A stretch of DNA of 64,000 nucleotides from Cordylochernes scorpioides (GCA_030710605.1 CP092864.1:139423418-139487417), one strand, 5' to 3'. Counted from the first letter of the stretch, positions 1 to 13,759 are shown. The notes: generated by a model not told the origin, from the letters alone. Made by a program: numbers and translations.

Positions 1-359
1 CAGTTTTTATTTGCAAAATGACCATTTTTTACAATTTACTAAATCTCTGGTTAGAGGATACTTCTCCCTAAAGGACACTTTGACTCTGCAATTACGTGTC
101 CTTTACAGGAAGGTTCTGCTATATTACCATTTTCACAATTTAGCAACTCTCTGGTAAGAGGACACCTCTCCCTAAAGGCTCCCTTTGGTTCTGCAATTAG
201 GTGTCATTTACAGGGAGGTTCTACTGTAGTTCTTTAAGGAGGATGATACTCTTAAAGGGATAGAATTTATCTTGAAAAATTATGTGGAAAAGAGAAGTTA
301 AGATAAATAAATATCACTATCTAACAAAAAAAATTCAGCCTTTGAACATTAAAAGTACA

Positions 360-722
360 CAGAGTGCATGGCCCCCAATTATTGTAAAAGTCCACCCCCA
401 CCAGCGAGTGCAAAGTAACCAAATGGGGCTCTGGCACATTTGTAAGTCAAATTTCTTTTCACCTGTGTAGACATGTGGTGCACTTACAGTAAAAGCAGTC
501 GCCTACTTTACATGATTATCTTTTTTTTTTTTTTTGTTTATTCCTAGTAAAAGTGGTACAGGCCATGATAATCATGGTGGATAGAAGTAGGCGACTCTTT
601 TACTGTAAGTGCCCCTCATGTCTACACACGTGAAAAGCAGTTCGACTTTGCACTTACAAATGTACCAGAGCTCCATTTGGTTACATGATTATCATGGTCT
701 GTACCACGTGTACTAGGGATAA
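360..722. repeat. Two partial SINE copies in inverted orientation around a T-run (520-536)
   Basis: 367-520 is a plus-orientation SINE body; 536-722 is the reverse complement of the same body. Confidence 0.65.
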
Positions 723-959
723 TAATATGCAGAGTGCTGCAATTATGCTACCAAAATTGCTTTTATGGCCATCTACCTCTCAGAAGGGTGTCTAGCTTGA
801 TGTTTAATGTTTAACACATTATTTTTGTGTATTAACACCATATTAACAAACTGAAACTACAACTAATAAGGAACCATAGAGATAGTTTTCATCATTCTTG
901 GTACCAGGAAGAAAACCCCAAAAAAACAGACCCTCCAACTAAACAGAAGCAAGTCGACA

Positions 960-1170
960 CAGTTGGCCAGATGGAAATCTGGTCACCTGCGCCCTCTAGT
1001 CTATAAAGAGCGAGCCAAAAACTTCCCCATGTGCACTAGGTGCAAAACCGAAGAGGCCACTCCCCAACATTTACTAAATTGCATTGGAAAGGACAAAAGA
1101 TCCCTGTACAGAGAACCAAGAAGAGTTCTTGAGCTTCTTTATGAGCACGACCTCCAAAATCTTGTCTAAT
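960..1170 (+). mobile_element. Non-LTR retrotransposon ORF2 C-terminal fragment
   Basis: ORF 963..1169: ...KSGHLRPLVYKERAKNFPMCTRCKTEEATPQHLLNCIGK... (LINE C-terminal zinc-knuckle-like motif). Confidence 0.6.
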
Positions 1171-1523
1171 TTAGACTAAAAGGATAAGTAAAAAATATAT
1201 ATATTTTGTGTTTTTGCCACCAAACTCTCAGTTTTTCTGTGTTATAACAGACATGTGTTGTTGCAGAACCGGTGTATTTTGATAGTGATTGTACTGGTGA
1301 TCCTTCTCATCCTGGGTCTCATCATTTACTTTTCTCTCTAACTAGCTCGCTCGCTCAGTACTGTGTAACTCTTCTATGTACAGCATGGTGGTAACTAACT
1401 CTCTATGGCTTGTTTCTCCGCCCCTGGACTCTGTTATTGTATAAACCTCTTTGTATAAATAAATGTGCTTTTTTTATTATTATAACACTTGTGTGGTTGT
1501 TGTTGTTTTTTTATGGTACTAAT

Positions 1524-1813
1524 ACACCTATTCCCGGATTTACACGGTAGATACGTTCCTGAGAAAAACATGTAAATCGAGGGATAGGTGTACACAGAAA
1601 TAAAAATAAAATGCATTGACAGGTTAAAATATGTAGTCAGCACATAAGCTCGGGATTCCTCGTGAGATGTGTACACAGCGCATGTGTTCAATCACAGTAG
1701 CATTTAGTATAGTGCGATAAAAACAAAAAAAAAAACTTATTTAGAAAACCGTGTAAAAGCGAAAACGTGTAAAACAAGTACCGTGTAAATCGGGGGATAG
1801 GTGTACTTAACAT
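1524..1813 (-). mobile_element. ~290-bp MITE family C (24-bp TIR ACACCTATCCCCCGATTTACACG)
   Basis: acacctattcccggatttacacg...cgtgtaaatcgggggataggtgta; other copies at 26233-26545, 53499-53773 and 54893-55155. Confidence 0.75.
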
Positions 1814-3464
1814 CTTTATATGGACTGTTGACAACTAGTATACAAATCTGTATTGAGCACAGATCAAAATTGAAGAGATGTGATTAGATACAATTTGGAT
1901 TGTAGATCTCTTCTTCTTTCTTATCTCCACTCAATCACACTAAGGTATCAATCTTGTAAAACTTGAGACTTTTGATGGTGTCTGCCGGGAAAGAGTAGAG
2001 CTCATCAATGGATGAGTCAATACAGTCAATAATGTGGGAAAATTAAGGTAATATGACCAAAGTGTCTATAATTTCTGCATTTATTAATTTGGTCTTGATA
2101 AGGCCAAATTTGAATTATAGATTGAAAACACAAGGTAATAAGACCAAATAAATAAATAGTGTGTGATTTTTCAGTAACAGCATCAGTGGTATACCACAGT
2201 GGTATATTTTCTCGTTCAGTACTTTGGTTTGAAGATGGTAACAATGCTGTTACCGAAATGTCACACATGATTTATTTGATTTTGGTCTTATTATCTTATG
2301 TTTATAATTTGGAATTGTTTCAAAATTGGAGAGATTACTTCTATGGTTCCTTGTGCACTAGTCAAATTGTTTCTACCAGCGCACAAACATGTACAGTATA
2401 AGCAGTCACGAACCCCCGCCTACATTGATCATCCTAGTTTATTTTACATAACTAGGGAATCTCTAGTGTTTTCTACCTAGTGGTTGCCTCAAAATCTCAA
2501 ACACCACAAAAGATAAGCCTTGTTGTTGTTGTTTCTTATCCCTTTATGTAAAGATTACACAAATCCATGAGTTCATCCTCCTCTAGCTGTTTTATGACAA
2601 GCAGTGGCCTCTCTCAAAGGTCCTGTTTAATATATCTAATGCAAGTCAAAATGTGTTCTGGAGCTGCAGGTGCCAAGCTACATTTTGGGCAAGTGGGGTA
2701 GATTTTGTTGTTATTTTCTATCTTCAATGGCTTGAGATGGCCTGTTTTAAATCTTGTTAGTATTGTTAGGTGCTGTCTGAGGTTCAGAGCTCCTCCTGGA
2801 TCCACTCCACTGTACCAACTGTTCATAGGTGGGATCCTCCAGTTCTTGTATATTTTTGTTTTGACTACTGTCTTTATTTCTTTAAAAGTGAAGCCTTTAT
2901 CTATACAATACAACCCAACTTCAGTGCACACACACATAGATAAATCTTTAATTAAAAAGGCATGGATTGGATCAAAATATCATTTATTTTACCAATATTT
3001 CAGTTGGCTGAACGCCAACCTTTATCAAGGTGGTGGTTCAAATCACATTAATAGGTACCGCTCAGCAAGAGCAACCTAGTTCATGATAATTGAAACAGTT
3101 GTTAATATGTGAAGGCTATTCACATATTAAACAAAATTTTAACACAGGATTCAATCCCGGTTCATGACTGTCGGGAATCGAGGGTTTTACCCACTCGTCC
3201 ACCTTTATCAAGGTATTATAACATTTTAAAGTGTGTCAACAACAAACTCAGCGCCACATAATGTCAACAGCATTAAGTTTTAAAAATATTTTGTTATATT
3301 CAATGGGGAGAAAAAATTGATATATATATATTTATATTATGGAAAAAATGAATTTTGTAAAATATAGGTGTGAATATTTTGAAAATTAACAATTACGCCT
3401 ATTTTATATTTAAAATTATTTGTACTATGTGTAAAAAGATTTTTCGTATAAAAATAACAAAATA

Positions 3465-4755
3465 CAGTAAAACCCCTCTATAGTGAACCCCAATGGGACA
3501 GAGCTTTTGGTTCACTATAGCCACGGTTCACTATAGCCACGGTTTGGCTTTTTTTTTTACTTTTCAAAATTTTTAGACCGTATAATTAAAGGACAGCCAT
3601 ACACACAAGAAGAGGCTGCCTTAATAGTGGTCACTTTGTTTTAATTCCCTTAATTGACCAATTTCCTTACATTAATACTGAAAAATAATAGAAATCATTA
3701 GATGATAGGTTCTTCTTATCATTAACATACATGTACCTCTATGTCTAATTTAAAAATCAAGACAAATCCTAGGCAAAGTTTTATTAAATAAATATTCAAA
3801 GATATAAAATGATTTTAAAACATCATTATCACATTATATAATACAATATTTAATTGGAAAAAATGGCTCTAACACCTTGTTGCTTCAAAGCATTCTTCAA
3901 GCATTGCACCATTCAAATAAAGTTAGTGTTTTTCTTCCATTTCATTTTTCCACATATTCTTCTAGGTCTAGAGTTTTTTTTTTTTTTAACCTGTCATGTA
4001 AAACATTGCTGACTTTAAAATCATCATAGTTAATGGCATAAAAATAGTTTTTGTTTCATCACGGGACCGTTTATTTGGACTTTTTTTTTTTTTTTAGCCC
4101 TAAAACGTACGATCGCGATCGCGGCAAAAGTTGGGGTTGATTCCACTTTGTAACAATTTTTAATAGCTTTATACTTTTCTTTTATAATAGAAAAGTTATA
4201 TTCTCTTATTTTAATATGTTCCTAACCTTTTGCCTGTGTTGTTTCACTTTGAAAAGTTCTGAAAATGGCCTTTTTTTTAAAAGAAATAACGCTTTTGTTT
4301 TTAAAATGCCTTTGTTTTCTTCATTTTGGAAGCCATTTGCATTTTTTATATTTCAAATTTAATGGATGCAAATATATTCTATCTAATAAAAGTATAATGT
4401 GTTAAAATTTATACAATATACAGCTAAAATAAAGTGCAAAAATCAAAACAAACAATGCCGCTAAATTTATTGTTTTGAAATCGTGATTCGCGAGCTGAAA
4501 TATGCTCAAAATTTTGTTGTTTTAATTTTTTTTTTTAATTACAATTCTAAGTTCGTTATAAGCATAGTATTTTAAATAGATTTTATTATTTTGGGACCGA
4601 AAATAGGTTCGTTATAGGGGTAGTTCGTTATTCTAAAAATCGCAAAGTTCGTTATAACGATGGTATTTTCAATGGAATGGAATTGGGAATCAGCGTGGGT
4701 TCGTTATAAGGGAAGGTTCGTTATATCCAGGGTTCGTATTAGCGGGGTTTTACTG
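3465..4755 (+). mobile_element. Non-autonomous ~1.25-kb TIR element, copy 1 (TA-flanked; TIR CAGTAAAACCCC..GAACC)
   Basis: 5' acagtaaaacccctctatagtgaacc ... 3' ggttcgtattagcggggttttactgt. Subterminal repeats of ggttcgttata. No transposase ORF. Confidence 0.8.
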
Positions 4756-5015
4756 TATATATAAAAGAAATGTTAAACTAAAATTTTTACTGAAAACACA
4801 AAGCGCAAAAAATGTTTGAAAAGTTGGTTAAAATAAAATATTAAAATAAATTTAAATGTAAAATTGTGAAATTTGAAATAAAATATAAGTGAAAATGGGA
4901 AAATATTTTTTAAAATGATATCACACAAATAAAACATTGAATACATTGAACTATCAATATATATATATTAAAAATAAAGAAGGCATCTCCTGATCCAATA
5001 ATAACATAATACATA

Positions 5016-6194
5016 CAGTAAAACCCCGCTAATACGAACCCTGGATATAACGAACTTTGCGATTTTTAAAATAACAAACTACCCCTATAACGAACCCATT
5101 TTGGGTCCCAAAATAATAAAATCTATTTAAAATACTATGCTTATAACGAACTTAGAATTGTAATTTAAAAAAAAATTAAAACAACAAAATTTTGAGAATT
5201 TTTCTGCTCGCGGATCGCGATTTCAAAACAATAAATTTAGCGGCATTGTTTGTTTTGATTTTTGCACTTTATTTTGCTGCCTTTTGTATAATTTTTACAC
5301 ATTATACTTTTTATTAAATAGAATATCTATGCATCCATTAAATTTGAAATATAAAAAATGTAAATGGCTTCCAAATTGAAGAAAATAAAGGCATTAAAAA
5401 AAAAAGTTATTTCTTTAAAAAAAAAAGGCCATTTTCAGAACTTTTCAAAGCGAAACAACACAGGCAAAATGTTAAGAACATATTAAAATAAGAGAATATA
5501 ACTTTTCTATTATGAAAGATAAAATATAAAGCTATTAAAAATTGTTACAAAGAGGAATCAACCTCAACTTTTGCCGCGATCGTACGTTTTAGGGCTACAA
5601 AAAAAAGAGAGTCCAAATAAACAGTTCCGTGATGAAACAAAAACTATTTTTATGCAATGAACTATGCAGCAATATTTTGCATGACAGGTTTAAAAAAAAA
5701 AAGAAATCTAGACGAAGAATATGTGGAAACATGAAATGGACGAAAAACACTAACCTTCTTTGAATGGTGCAATGCTTGAAGAGTCCTTTGAAGCAACAAG
5801 GTATTAGAGCCATTTTTTCAAGTAAACATTGTATTATATAATGTGATAATAATGTTTTAAATCATTTTATATCTTTAATATATATTTAATAAAACTCTGC
5901 CTAGGATTTGTCTTGATTTTGAAATTAGACATAGAGGTGCATGTATGCAAATGACAAGAAGAACCTATCATCTAATGATTTCTTTTATTATTCAGTATTA
6001 ATATAAGGAAATTGGTCAATTATGGGAATTAAAACAAAGTGACCACTATTAATAGGCAGCCTTTTCCTGTGTGTATGGCTGTCCTTTAATTATACGGTCT
6101 AAAAATTTTGAAAGGTACAAAAAATGGCCAAACCGTGGCTATAGTGAACCAAAAGCTCTGTCCCTTCGGGGTTCACTATAGAGGGGTTTTACTG
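5016..6194 (-). mobile_element. Same TIR element, copy 2, inverted relative to copy 1 (260-bp spacer)
   Basis: Reverse complement of copy 1 along most of its length (for example gcgatcgcg, ggttcgttata blocks, ccacggtttggc). Confidence 0.8.
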
Positions 6195-7639
6195 TATATA
6201 CAAAATACATGTTGTAATATTTAAAAAAGGTTGGCATTCAGCCATCTGAAATATTGGTAAATAAATTATATATTTATCCAATATATGCCTTTTTAATTAA
6301 ATTTGCATATATGCAATGAGAGGAGTTGGGCAGTCAGGTTGCCCCACTCTTGAAATCCATCAATGTCTTCTGAGTGGTTCATCTCAAATGCTCAATCATC
6401 TCCAGTAGACCATATCTCCCTCCTCAATCATTTTTAGAACATCTCCTTTGATTAGTCTGTTAGTCCATGGAAGTGTCATCATTTGACAAATGCAGCTCAT
6501 CTTGAAAGTCTGTATATTCACTTAGAAACACCTTGTGTACAATTCATGGTTTGCAATATCAACAACAACAAAAAGCCTTAATTTAGGGTCACTGACCCTA
6601 TACAGGATTCACCAGAGGTATGAATAAGAACAAAGCAGTGGGACAAAGGAAACAACAATATAAACAGAAGAGAAAAAAAAAAGAAAGAGAAAGAGGGAAG
6701 CAAGAAAAACAACACAAAAAGAGTAGCAGTAAGAAAGTGAGGAGTGAGTGTCACTTGGCCTTCTTCTGAGATATGGACTTGTAGAAACCATAAAACGCCG
6801 TAGCAATATACTTATTCTGGGTCATATTGTCAATTATTGATGGAAGTGAAGCACAGAGTTGCCCAGTTTTGAGCATAGGTTTGCAATATGATATAACTAA
6901 TTTGCAAGCAGTGTGTTTAGGGCATCAGTGTAGGAGTGGTAAAAAACATATATTTGACAGCTATAACCTGGGGAATCAAATCCCACCTTGGACACTTTTT
7001 ATGAAGAAAAAAATTACTTCAATGGCCCCTGATTCCTGAAAAAATCCAACCCCAACAATAAGTGAAAATTATATTACGATGCACTAACCCGCCATCTGTT
7101 ATCAAAATACAAAACTATTTTTGATGCGCATGATTCTTTTAAAAATGTAACAATTAGTGCATCGTAATATAATTGTTCAAATAAAATACACAAATTGATA
7201 TTTGCGGAAGAGCGATTGCTCGAAGCATATTATATATTTATAATTATATGTAATTCTGCTGTCCTAAAAGCTTATGTCCACAGTTCATCTAAAATACCCA
7301 TTCGAAGAGTCTTGCATCAGTATCACTATAAAAGGAAGTTCCAAAAATGCAATATAACAGCGGTATGGTAGATTAAACTGGCGAAACCGCTGGGAAGGTT
7401 CACCACTGATGAGCCAGGCCCTCCCATTAATTTTTCCATTGCAGTAAGGGCAGTAGAAATTATTTTATTTTAAAAAGAATCATGCGCATCAAAAAGAGTT
7501 TTGTATTTTAATAAGTGAAAATAACCAAATGGGGCTCAGTCACTTTTTAAGTGGCAAGTCGAACTGATTTCTACATAGGTAAGACATTGGGTACACTAAC
7601 AGTAATTGCAGTCACCAACTACCCACCATGATTAATTAA

Positions 7640-7810
7640 TATTTAGATTATAGTGTGACGGTGTTTTGACCCACCGCCAAGTTTGAACGGCCTTTCAACC
7701 ACCAGCCTGCCGGCGGTGATGCCAAGTCCGCGCGCATGCGCGGCGGCGGGGAGGTGGTAAGCACGGGCGAGGGTACGTTCGAAATCGACGGCCACCACGA
7801 GCAGACATTC
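7640..7810. other. Isolated GC-rich island (about 65% GC) in an AT-rich background, containing the palindrome GCGCGCATGCGCGG
   Basis: ccgccaagtttgaacggcctttcaaccaccagcctgccggcggtgatgccaagtccgcgcgcatgcgcggcggcggggaggtggtaagcacgggcgagggtacgttcgaaatcgacggccaccacgagcag. A plus-strand frame is open for more than 50 codons; no homolog recognised. Confidence 0.3.
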
Positions 7811-8089
7811 ATTCTCATCCATCCATTTGAATCAAACATTTTTCAACTTCTTTTTACTATATATTTAATTTGTAACATTTTATTTATATTTATATTTTAT
7901 CCTTAATAAATTAAAATACCACGAATGAATAATTGAATCATTTTTTCAAAATCAAACGAACCACCTCAATAGATTAGAAACAAAGGTAATATGACCAAAT
8001 CTAATTAAATTGTATGTGATGTTTTGGTAACAGCGTTGTTACAGAAATGTCACTATTTATTTATTTAGATTTGGTCATACAGTAGAACC

Positions 8090-8245
8090 TCTATGAGAGG
8101 ATACTCCAGCTAGAGGACACCTCTCTATAAAGGACAGTTTTCATTTACTATTTTTACTATTTAGTAACTCTCCGGTAAGAGGACACCTCTCCTAAAGGAA
8201 ACTTTGGCTCTGCAATTCGGTGTCCTTTACAGGGAGGTTCTACTG
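8090..8245 (+). mobile_element. MITE family A copy
   Basis: acagtagaacctctatgagagg...cagggaggttctactgta. Confidence 0.75.
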
Positions 8246-8917
8246 TATTATATTTTGTTAACTACCCATCATGATTACAACAACAACAACAACAAAAGCC
8301 TTTATTGAGGACCTCTCGTCCTATAAAGGATTCGCCAGTTTACAGAGTAATTGAAGAGAAGAGAACTAAGAATACAGAGATATAAGTAGTAGGTATAGTG
8401 TAGTATTTTCTACACTGTAACTATATACAACAGCAGCAACAAGCCTTTTACTGGAATCAAAGTCCCATACAGGATTCGTCATTCTAGTCCTGACAAAGAT
8501 TATTTACATATAATTATTTACATCAATTAGATTATGTATATAGCTTCCTTTTCTCTTCAACCGTCTTCCAAAATTTGAACAACGCAAACGCTCCAGCTCT
8601 GTTTCTCACCACCTCATTCAACTACCCATCATGATTATAAAGGCTACCTTTACTCTAGAGATAATTTTAAAAAAGTGTTTATATTGTGAAGAATCTTCTA
8701 ACCTATAGTATTTGAATTATCAGTGGAGCAGAGATTAATGAAAAAAAAAATCATAATTTAAAATTTCTATATATTTTTTAATATTTATTCTTCGCCAGAA
8801 AGAAAGAGGTTACCAAGCATCAAGTTCAACAAAGACAACTATTTCACTACCTGATAATACAATTTTTGGGAAGGATCTATCATGAACCAATTATGGGGCC
8901 AAAACAACTGAACCCTT

Positions 8918-10405
8918 CATGGACTGAATATAAGCTCAAATAAGAACTGAATGCTGAATTAATCATGAAGCGAATACAAGATCAAATTAGAAGTCAATAC
9001 TGAACTCATCATAAACGGAATACGACATCAAATAAGAACTGAATTCTGAACTCATCATGAACTGAATATGAGATCAAATAAGAACTGAATTCAGAACTCA
9101 TCATGAACCGAATATGAGATCAAATAAGAACTGAATTGTGAACTCATCATAAACGGAATGTAAGAACAAATAAGAACTGATTTCTGAACTCATGAATCGA
9201 ATATGAGATCAAATAAGAACTGAATTCTGAACTCATCATGAACCGAATACAAGATCAAATAAGAATTGAATACTGAACTCATCATGAACCGAATATGAGA
9301 TCAAATAAGAACTGAATTCTGAACTCATCATGAACCGAATACAAGATCAAATAACTGAATTCTGAACTCATCATGAACCGAATACAAGATCAAATAACTG
9401 AATTCTGAACTCATCATGAACCGAATACAAGATCAAATAAGAACTGAATTCTGAACTCATCATGAACCGAATATGAGATCAAATAAGAACTGAATTCTGA
9501 ACTCATCATGAACCGAATATGAGATAAAATAAGAACTGAATTCTGAACTCATCATGAACTGAATACAAGATCAAATAAGAACTGAATTCTGAACTCATCA
9601 TGAACTGAATACAAGATCAAATAAGAACTGAATTCTGAACTCATCATGAACTGAATACAAGATCAAATAAGAACTGAATTCTGAACTCATCATCAATCAA
9701 ATAAGAACTGAATTCTGAAATCATCATGAACTGAATATGAGATCAAATAAGAACTGAATTGTGAACTCATCATCAATCAAATAAGAACTGAATTCTGAAC
9801 TCATCATGAACTGAATATGAGATCAAATAAGAACTGAATTCTGAACTCATCATGAACTGAATATGAGATCAAATAAGAACTGAATATGAGATCAAATAAG
9901 AACTGAATTGTGAACTCATCATGAACTGAATATGAGATCAAATAAGAACTGAATTCTGAACTCATCATGAACTGAATATGAGATCAAATAAGAACTGAAT
10001 TGTGAACTCATCATCAATCAAATAAGAACTGAATTCTGAACTCATCATGAACTGAATATGAGATCAAATAAGAACTGAATTCTGAACTCATCATGAACTG
10101 AATATGAGATCAAATAAGAACTGAATATGAGATCAAATAAGAACTGAATTGTGAACTCATCATGAACTGAATATGAGATCAAATAAGAACTGAATTGTGA
10201 ACTCATCATGAACTGAATATGAGATCAAATAAGAACTGAATTGTGAACTCATCATGAACTGAATATGAGATCAAATAAGAACTGAAATCTGAACTCATCA
10301 TGAACTGAATATGAGATCAAATAAGAACTGAATTCTGAACTCATCATGAACCGAATATGAGATCAAATAAGAACTGAATTGTGAACTCATCATGAACCAT
10401 ATATC
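8918..10405. repeat. 46-bp minisatellite, about 32 copies
   Basis: (atcaaataagaactgaattctgaactcatcatgaactgaatatgag)n. Confidence 0.9.
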
Positions 10406-10742
10406 AACTACAAACCAAATACTGAAGTCATCATGAAACAAATATGGTACCAATTACAAACCAAATACTGAATTCATAAGGTACAATTTGAATTATAGAT
10501 TAGTAATACAAGTTATTAAGACCAAGTAAAAATAAATAAATAGAATGTGTACCAGCATCGTTACAATTATCATTGATTCAGTACTTTTGTCAGATGATGG
10601 TAACAACACTGTTACAGAAACATCCACACACTATTTATTGATTTGGATTTGGTCTTATTGCATTTCAAATACTGAACTAATTATGAATCAAATATGGTAC
10701 CAATCACAAACCAAATACTGAACTCATTATGAAACAAATATA

Positions 10743-11981
10743 CAGTAAAACCCCTCTATAGTGAACCCCAATGGGACAGAGCTTTTGGTTCACTATAGCC
10801 ATGGTTTGGCTTTTTTTTTTTTTTTACTTTTCAAAATTTTTAGACTGTATAATTAAAGGATAGCCATACACACTGGAAGAAGCTGCCTCTTAATAGTGGT
10901 CACTTTGTTTTAATTCCCCTAACTGGCAAATTTCCTTACATTAAAACTGAATAATAAAAGAAATAATTTTAAGATAGGTTCTTCTTATCATTAGCATACA
11001 TTTACCTCTATGTCTAATTTCAAAATTAAAACAAATCCTAGGCAAAGTTTTATTAATTATATATTCAAAGATATAAAATGATTTTAAAACATCTTTATCA
11101 CATTAAATAATACAATTTTTTCTTGAAAAAATGGCTCTAAAACCTTGTTGCTTCAAAGCACTCTTCAAGCATTGCCCCTTCCATTTCATGTTTCCACATA
11201 TTCTTCTTAAGTCTAGATTTTGTTTTGTTTTGAACCTATCATGCAAACCATTGCTGGCTTTTTAATCACCATAGTTAATGGCATAAAAAATAAATTTTGT
11301 TGCATCATGGGCCAATTTACTTGGACTTTTTTTAGCCCTAACACTTACGATCGCGGCAAAAGTTGAGGTTGATTCCTCTTTGTAAACAATTTTAATAGCC
11401 TTCTATTTTATCTCTTATATTAGAAAAGTTATATTTACTTATTTTAACATGTTCTGAAATTTTACCTGTGTTGTTTCACTTTGAAAATGGCCTCTTTTTA
11501 TTTTTTTAAGTAATAACATTTTTGTTTTTAGAATGCCTTTATTTTCTTTATTTTGGAAGCCATTTTCATATATTCTATTTCAAATTTGATGGTTTCAAAG
11601 ATATTCTATTTAATAAAAAGTATAATATGTATGAAAATTTCGACAACATAAAGCAAAAATAGAATGTAAATGAAAACAAACAATGCCACTAAATTTTTTG
11701 TTTTGAAATCGCGATCCGCGAGCTGAAACAGGCTCAAAATTTTTTTGTTTTAATTTTTTTTAAATTACAATTTCAAGTTCGTTATAAGCATAGTATTTTT
11801 GAAAGATTTTATCATTTTGGGACCTAAAATAGGTTCGTTATAGGGGTAGTTTGTTATAATAAAAATCATAAAGTTCGTTATAACAACGGTATTTTCAATG
11901 GATTGGAATCGGGAATCGCCGTAGTTTCATTATAAGGGAAGGTTCGCTATATCCGGGGTTCGTATTAGCGGGGTTTTACTG
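10743..11981 (+). mobile_element. Same TIR element, copy 3
   Basis: Starts ta|cagtaaaacccctctatagtgaacc and ends ggggttttactg|ta; internal sequence is collinear with copy 1. Confidence 0.8.
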
Positions 11982-11987
11982 TATATA

Positions 11988-12272
11988 TATTTTTTGCTTA
12001 TCCCTAGTACATGTGGTACAGGCCATGATAATTATGGGGGGTAGAAATTGGCGACTACTTTTACTGTAAGTGCACCACATGTTTACACATGTGAAAAGCA
12101 GTTCGACTTTGCACTTATAAATGTGCCAGAGCCTCGTTTGGTTACTTGCACTCACTGGTGGGATTGGACTTTTGCAAGAATCGGGGGCCTTTGGCGCATT
12201 TTTGTTTTCTAATAAAAAAAAAAGTGCCCAATGCGGGAATCAAACCCGGGTTGTAGCAGTTGAGCAGATGAA
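11988..12272 (-). mobile_element. tRNA-derived SINE copy (inverted, 5'-truncated)
   Basis: tttttgcttatccctagtacatgtggtacaggcc...gcgggaatcaaacccgggttgtagc. Confidence 0.75.
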
Positions 12273-12284
12273 ACAAATATGGTA

Positions 12285-12790
12285 CCATTCACAAACCAAA
12301 TACTGAACCAAGCTATGATGATACAACTATGGTTCCAACTGATGACAAACCAAATACTGAACCAAGTTATGATGATACAACTATGGTTCCAACTGATGAC
12401 AAACCAAATACTGAACCAAGTTATGATGATACAACTATGGTTCCAACTGATGACAAACCAAATACTGAACCAAGTTATGATGATACAACTATGGTTCCAA
12501 CTGATGACAAACCAAATACTGAACCAAGTTATGATGATACAACTATGGTTCCAACTGATGACAAACCAAATACTGAACCAAGTTATGATGATACAACTAT
12601 AGTTCCAACTGATGACAAACCAAATACTGAACCAAGCTATGATGATACAACTATAGTTCCAACTGATGACAAACCAAATACTGAACCAAGTTATGATGAT
12701 ACAACTATAGTTCCAACTGATGACAAACCAAATACTGAACCAAGTTATGATGATACAACTATAGTTCCAACTGATGACAAACCAAATACT
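12285..12790. repeat. 54-bp minisatellite x 9.3 (open in all frames)
   Basis: (atggttccaactgatgacaaaccaaatactgaaccaagttatgatgatacaact)n. ORFs 12209..12805(-), 12279..12602(+) and 12329..12814(+) are all repeat artefacts. Confidence 0.9.
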
Positions 12791-13578
12791 GTATTCAGAA
12801 GGCAATCACAGTAAGGTTAAAGTGACCTCTCATTAAGATTAGGTGAGGGTAGGAAGTAAGTTTTGATCTGTTTGCTCCAAGGAGGGGAATGTACTTTAGG
12901 GTGGGTGTTATATTCATGTAAATAATACACAATCTCTTTTGCAACATTTAGAAAGACATAGATTTTATTAAAGCTTTAAAAAAAAGACAAAAGTGGCAAG
13001 AAAAATAGACTTGCACATAGAACAACAAGTTGCATCTAGATTCAAAATGGCCAGAATTAGACATGTTTTAACTAGAGATTTTTAAAAAACCATGGAAGGA
13101 ATTTCCAGTACAATCAACATCAGAGTTAGACAAGAGGAACTACAAGGGACAGAAATTGTCCATTATTCTATCTGCAAGTTCAGCAAGTATTACTTTTCTA
13201 GAGTAAAAAAAAAAAACATCATTCAAAAATTTGAGAACACTTTGCAAAATCAGCAACCAATCCATCACAGTCCAAGCTATAGGCTAGATGGTCAGTCCTA
13301 CTAATGTATATTCCAGTTCAAGCAACAAGAATAAAATGTATATTTTTCTATTTTTAACATTTGCAAGAGATTTGTAGAAGGCACAAAAGTGTCTTAGATG
13401 TGCCAAGATGCTGGTAAAGATAGAGAACAACTGTTCCTACCCAATATATTTAGAAGTAATTAGCATTGTTCCAGGGGTTCTAACACAAATTTAACTGGTA
13501 ATTTGGCAAATAAATAAAATAAGAGGACAAATTGTGTGGGTACGTCTCTTAACACGCATTGTATCAACTAGATATATA

Positions 13579-13759
13579 CAGTAGAACCTACCTTTAACGA
13601 ACACCTCTCTACAAAGGACAGTTTTCATTTACAAAATTAATCATACTATATCTTTATCATACTATTTTACTATTTAGCAACTCTCCAGTAAAAGGACACC
13701 TCTCCCTAAAGGACACTTTGGCTCTGCAATTAGGTGTCCTTTAAAGGGAGGTTCTACTG
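13579..13759 (+). mobile_element. MITE family A copy
   Basis: TIRs cagtagaacctacc / gggaggttctactg. Confidence 0.75.

Noticed and set aside
8918-10405. Regular repeat array that could be misread as a CRISPR array
   Set aside because: The units are contiguous with no unique spacers, the context is eukaryotic and no cas genes are present. It is a minisatellite.
12209-12814. 198-aa, 107-aa and 161-aa ORFs that look like repetitive proteins
   Set aside because: They lie entirely within a perfect 54-bp tandem repeat. Openness in all frames on both strands is a periodicity artefact, with no start context or flanking exon structure.
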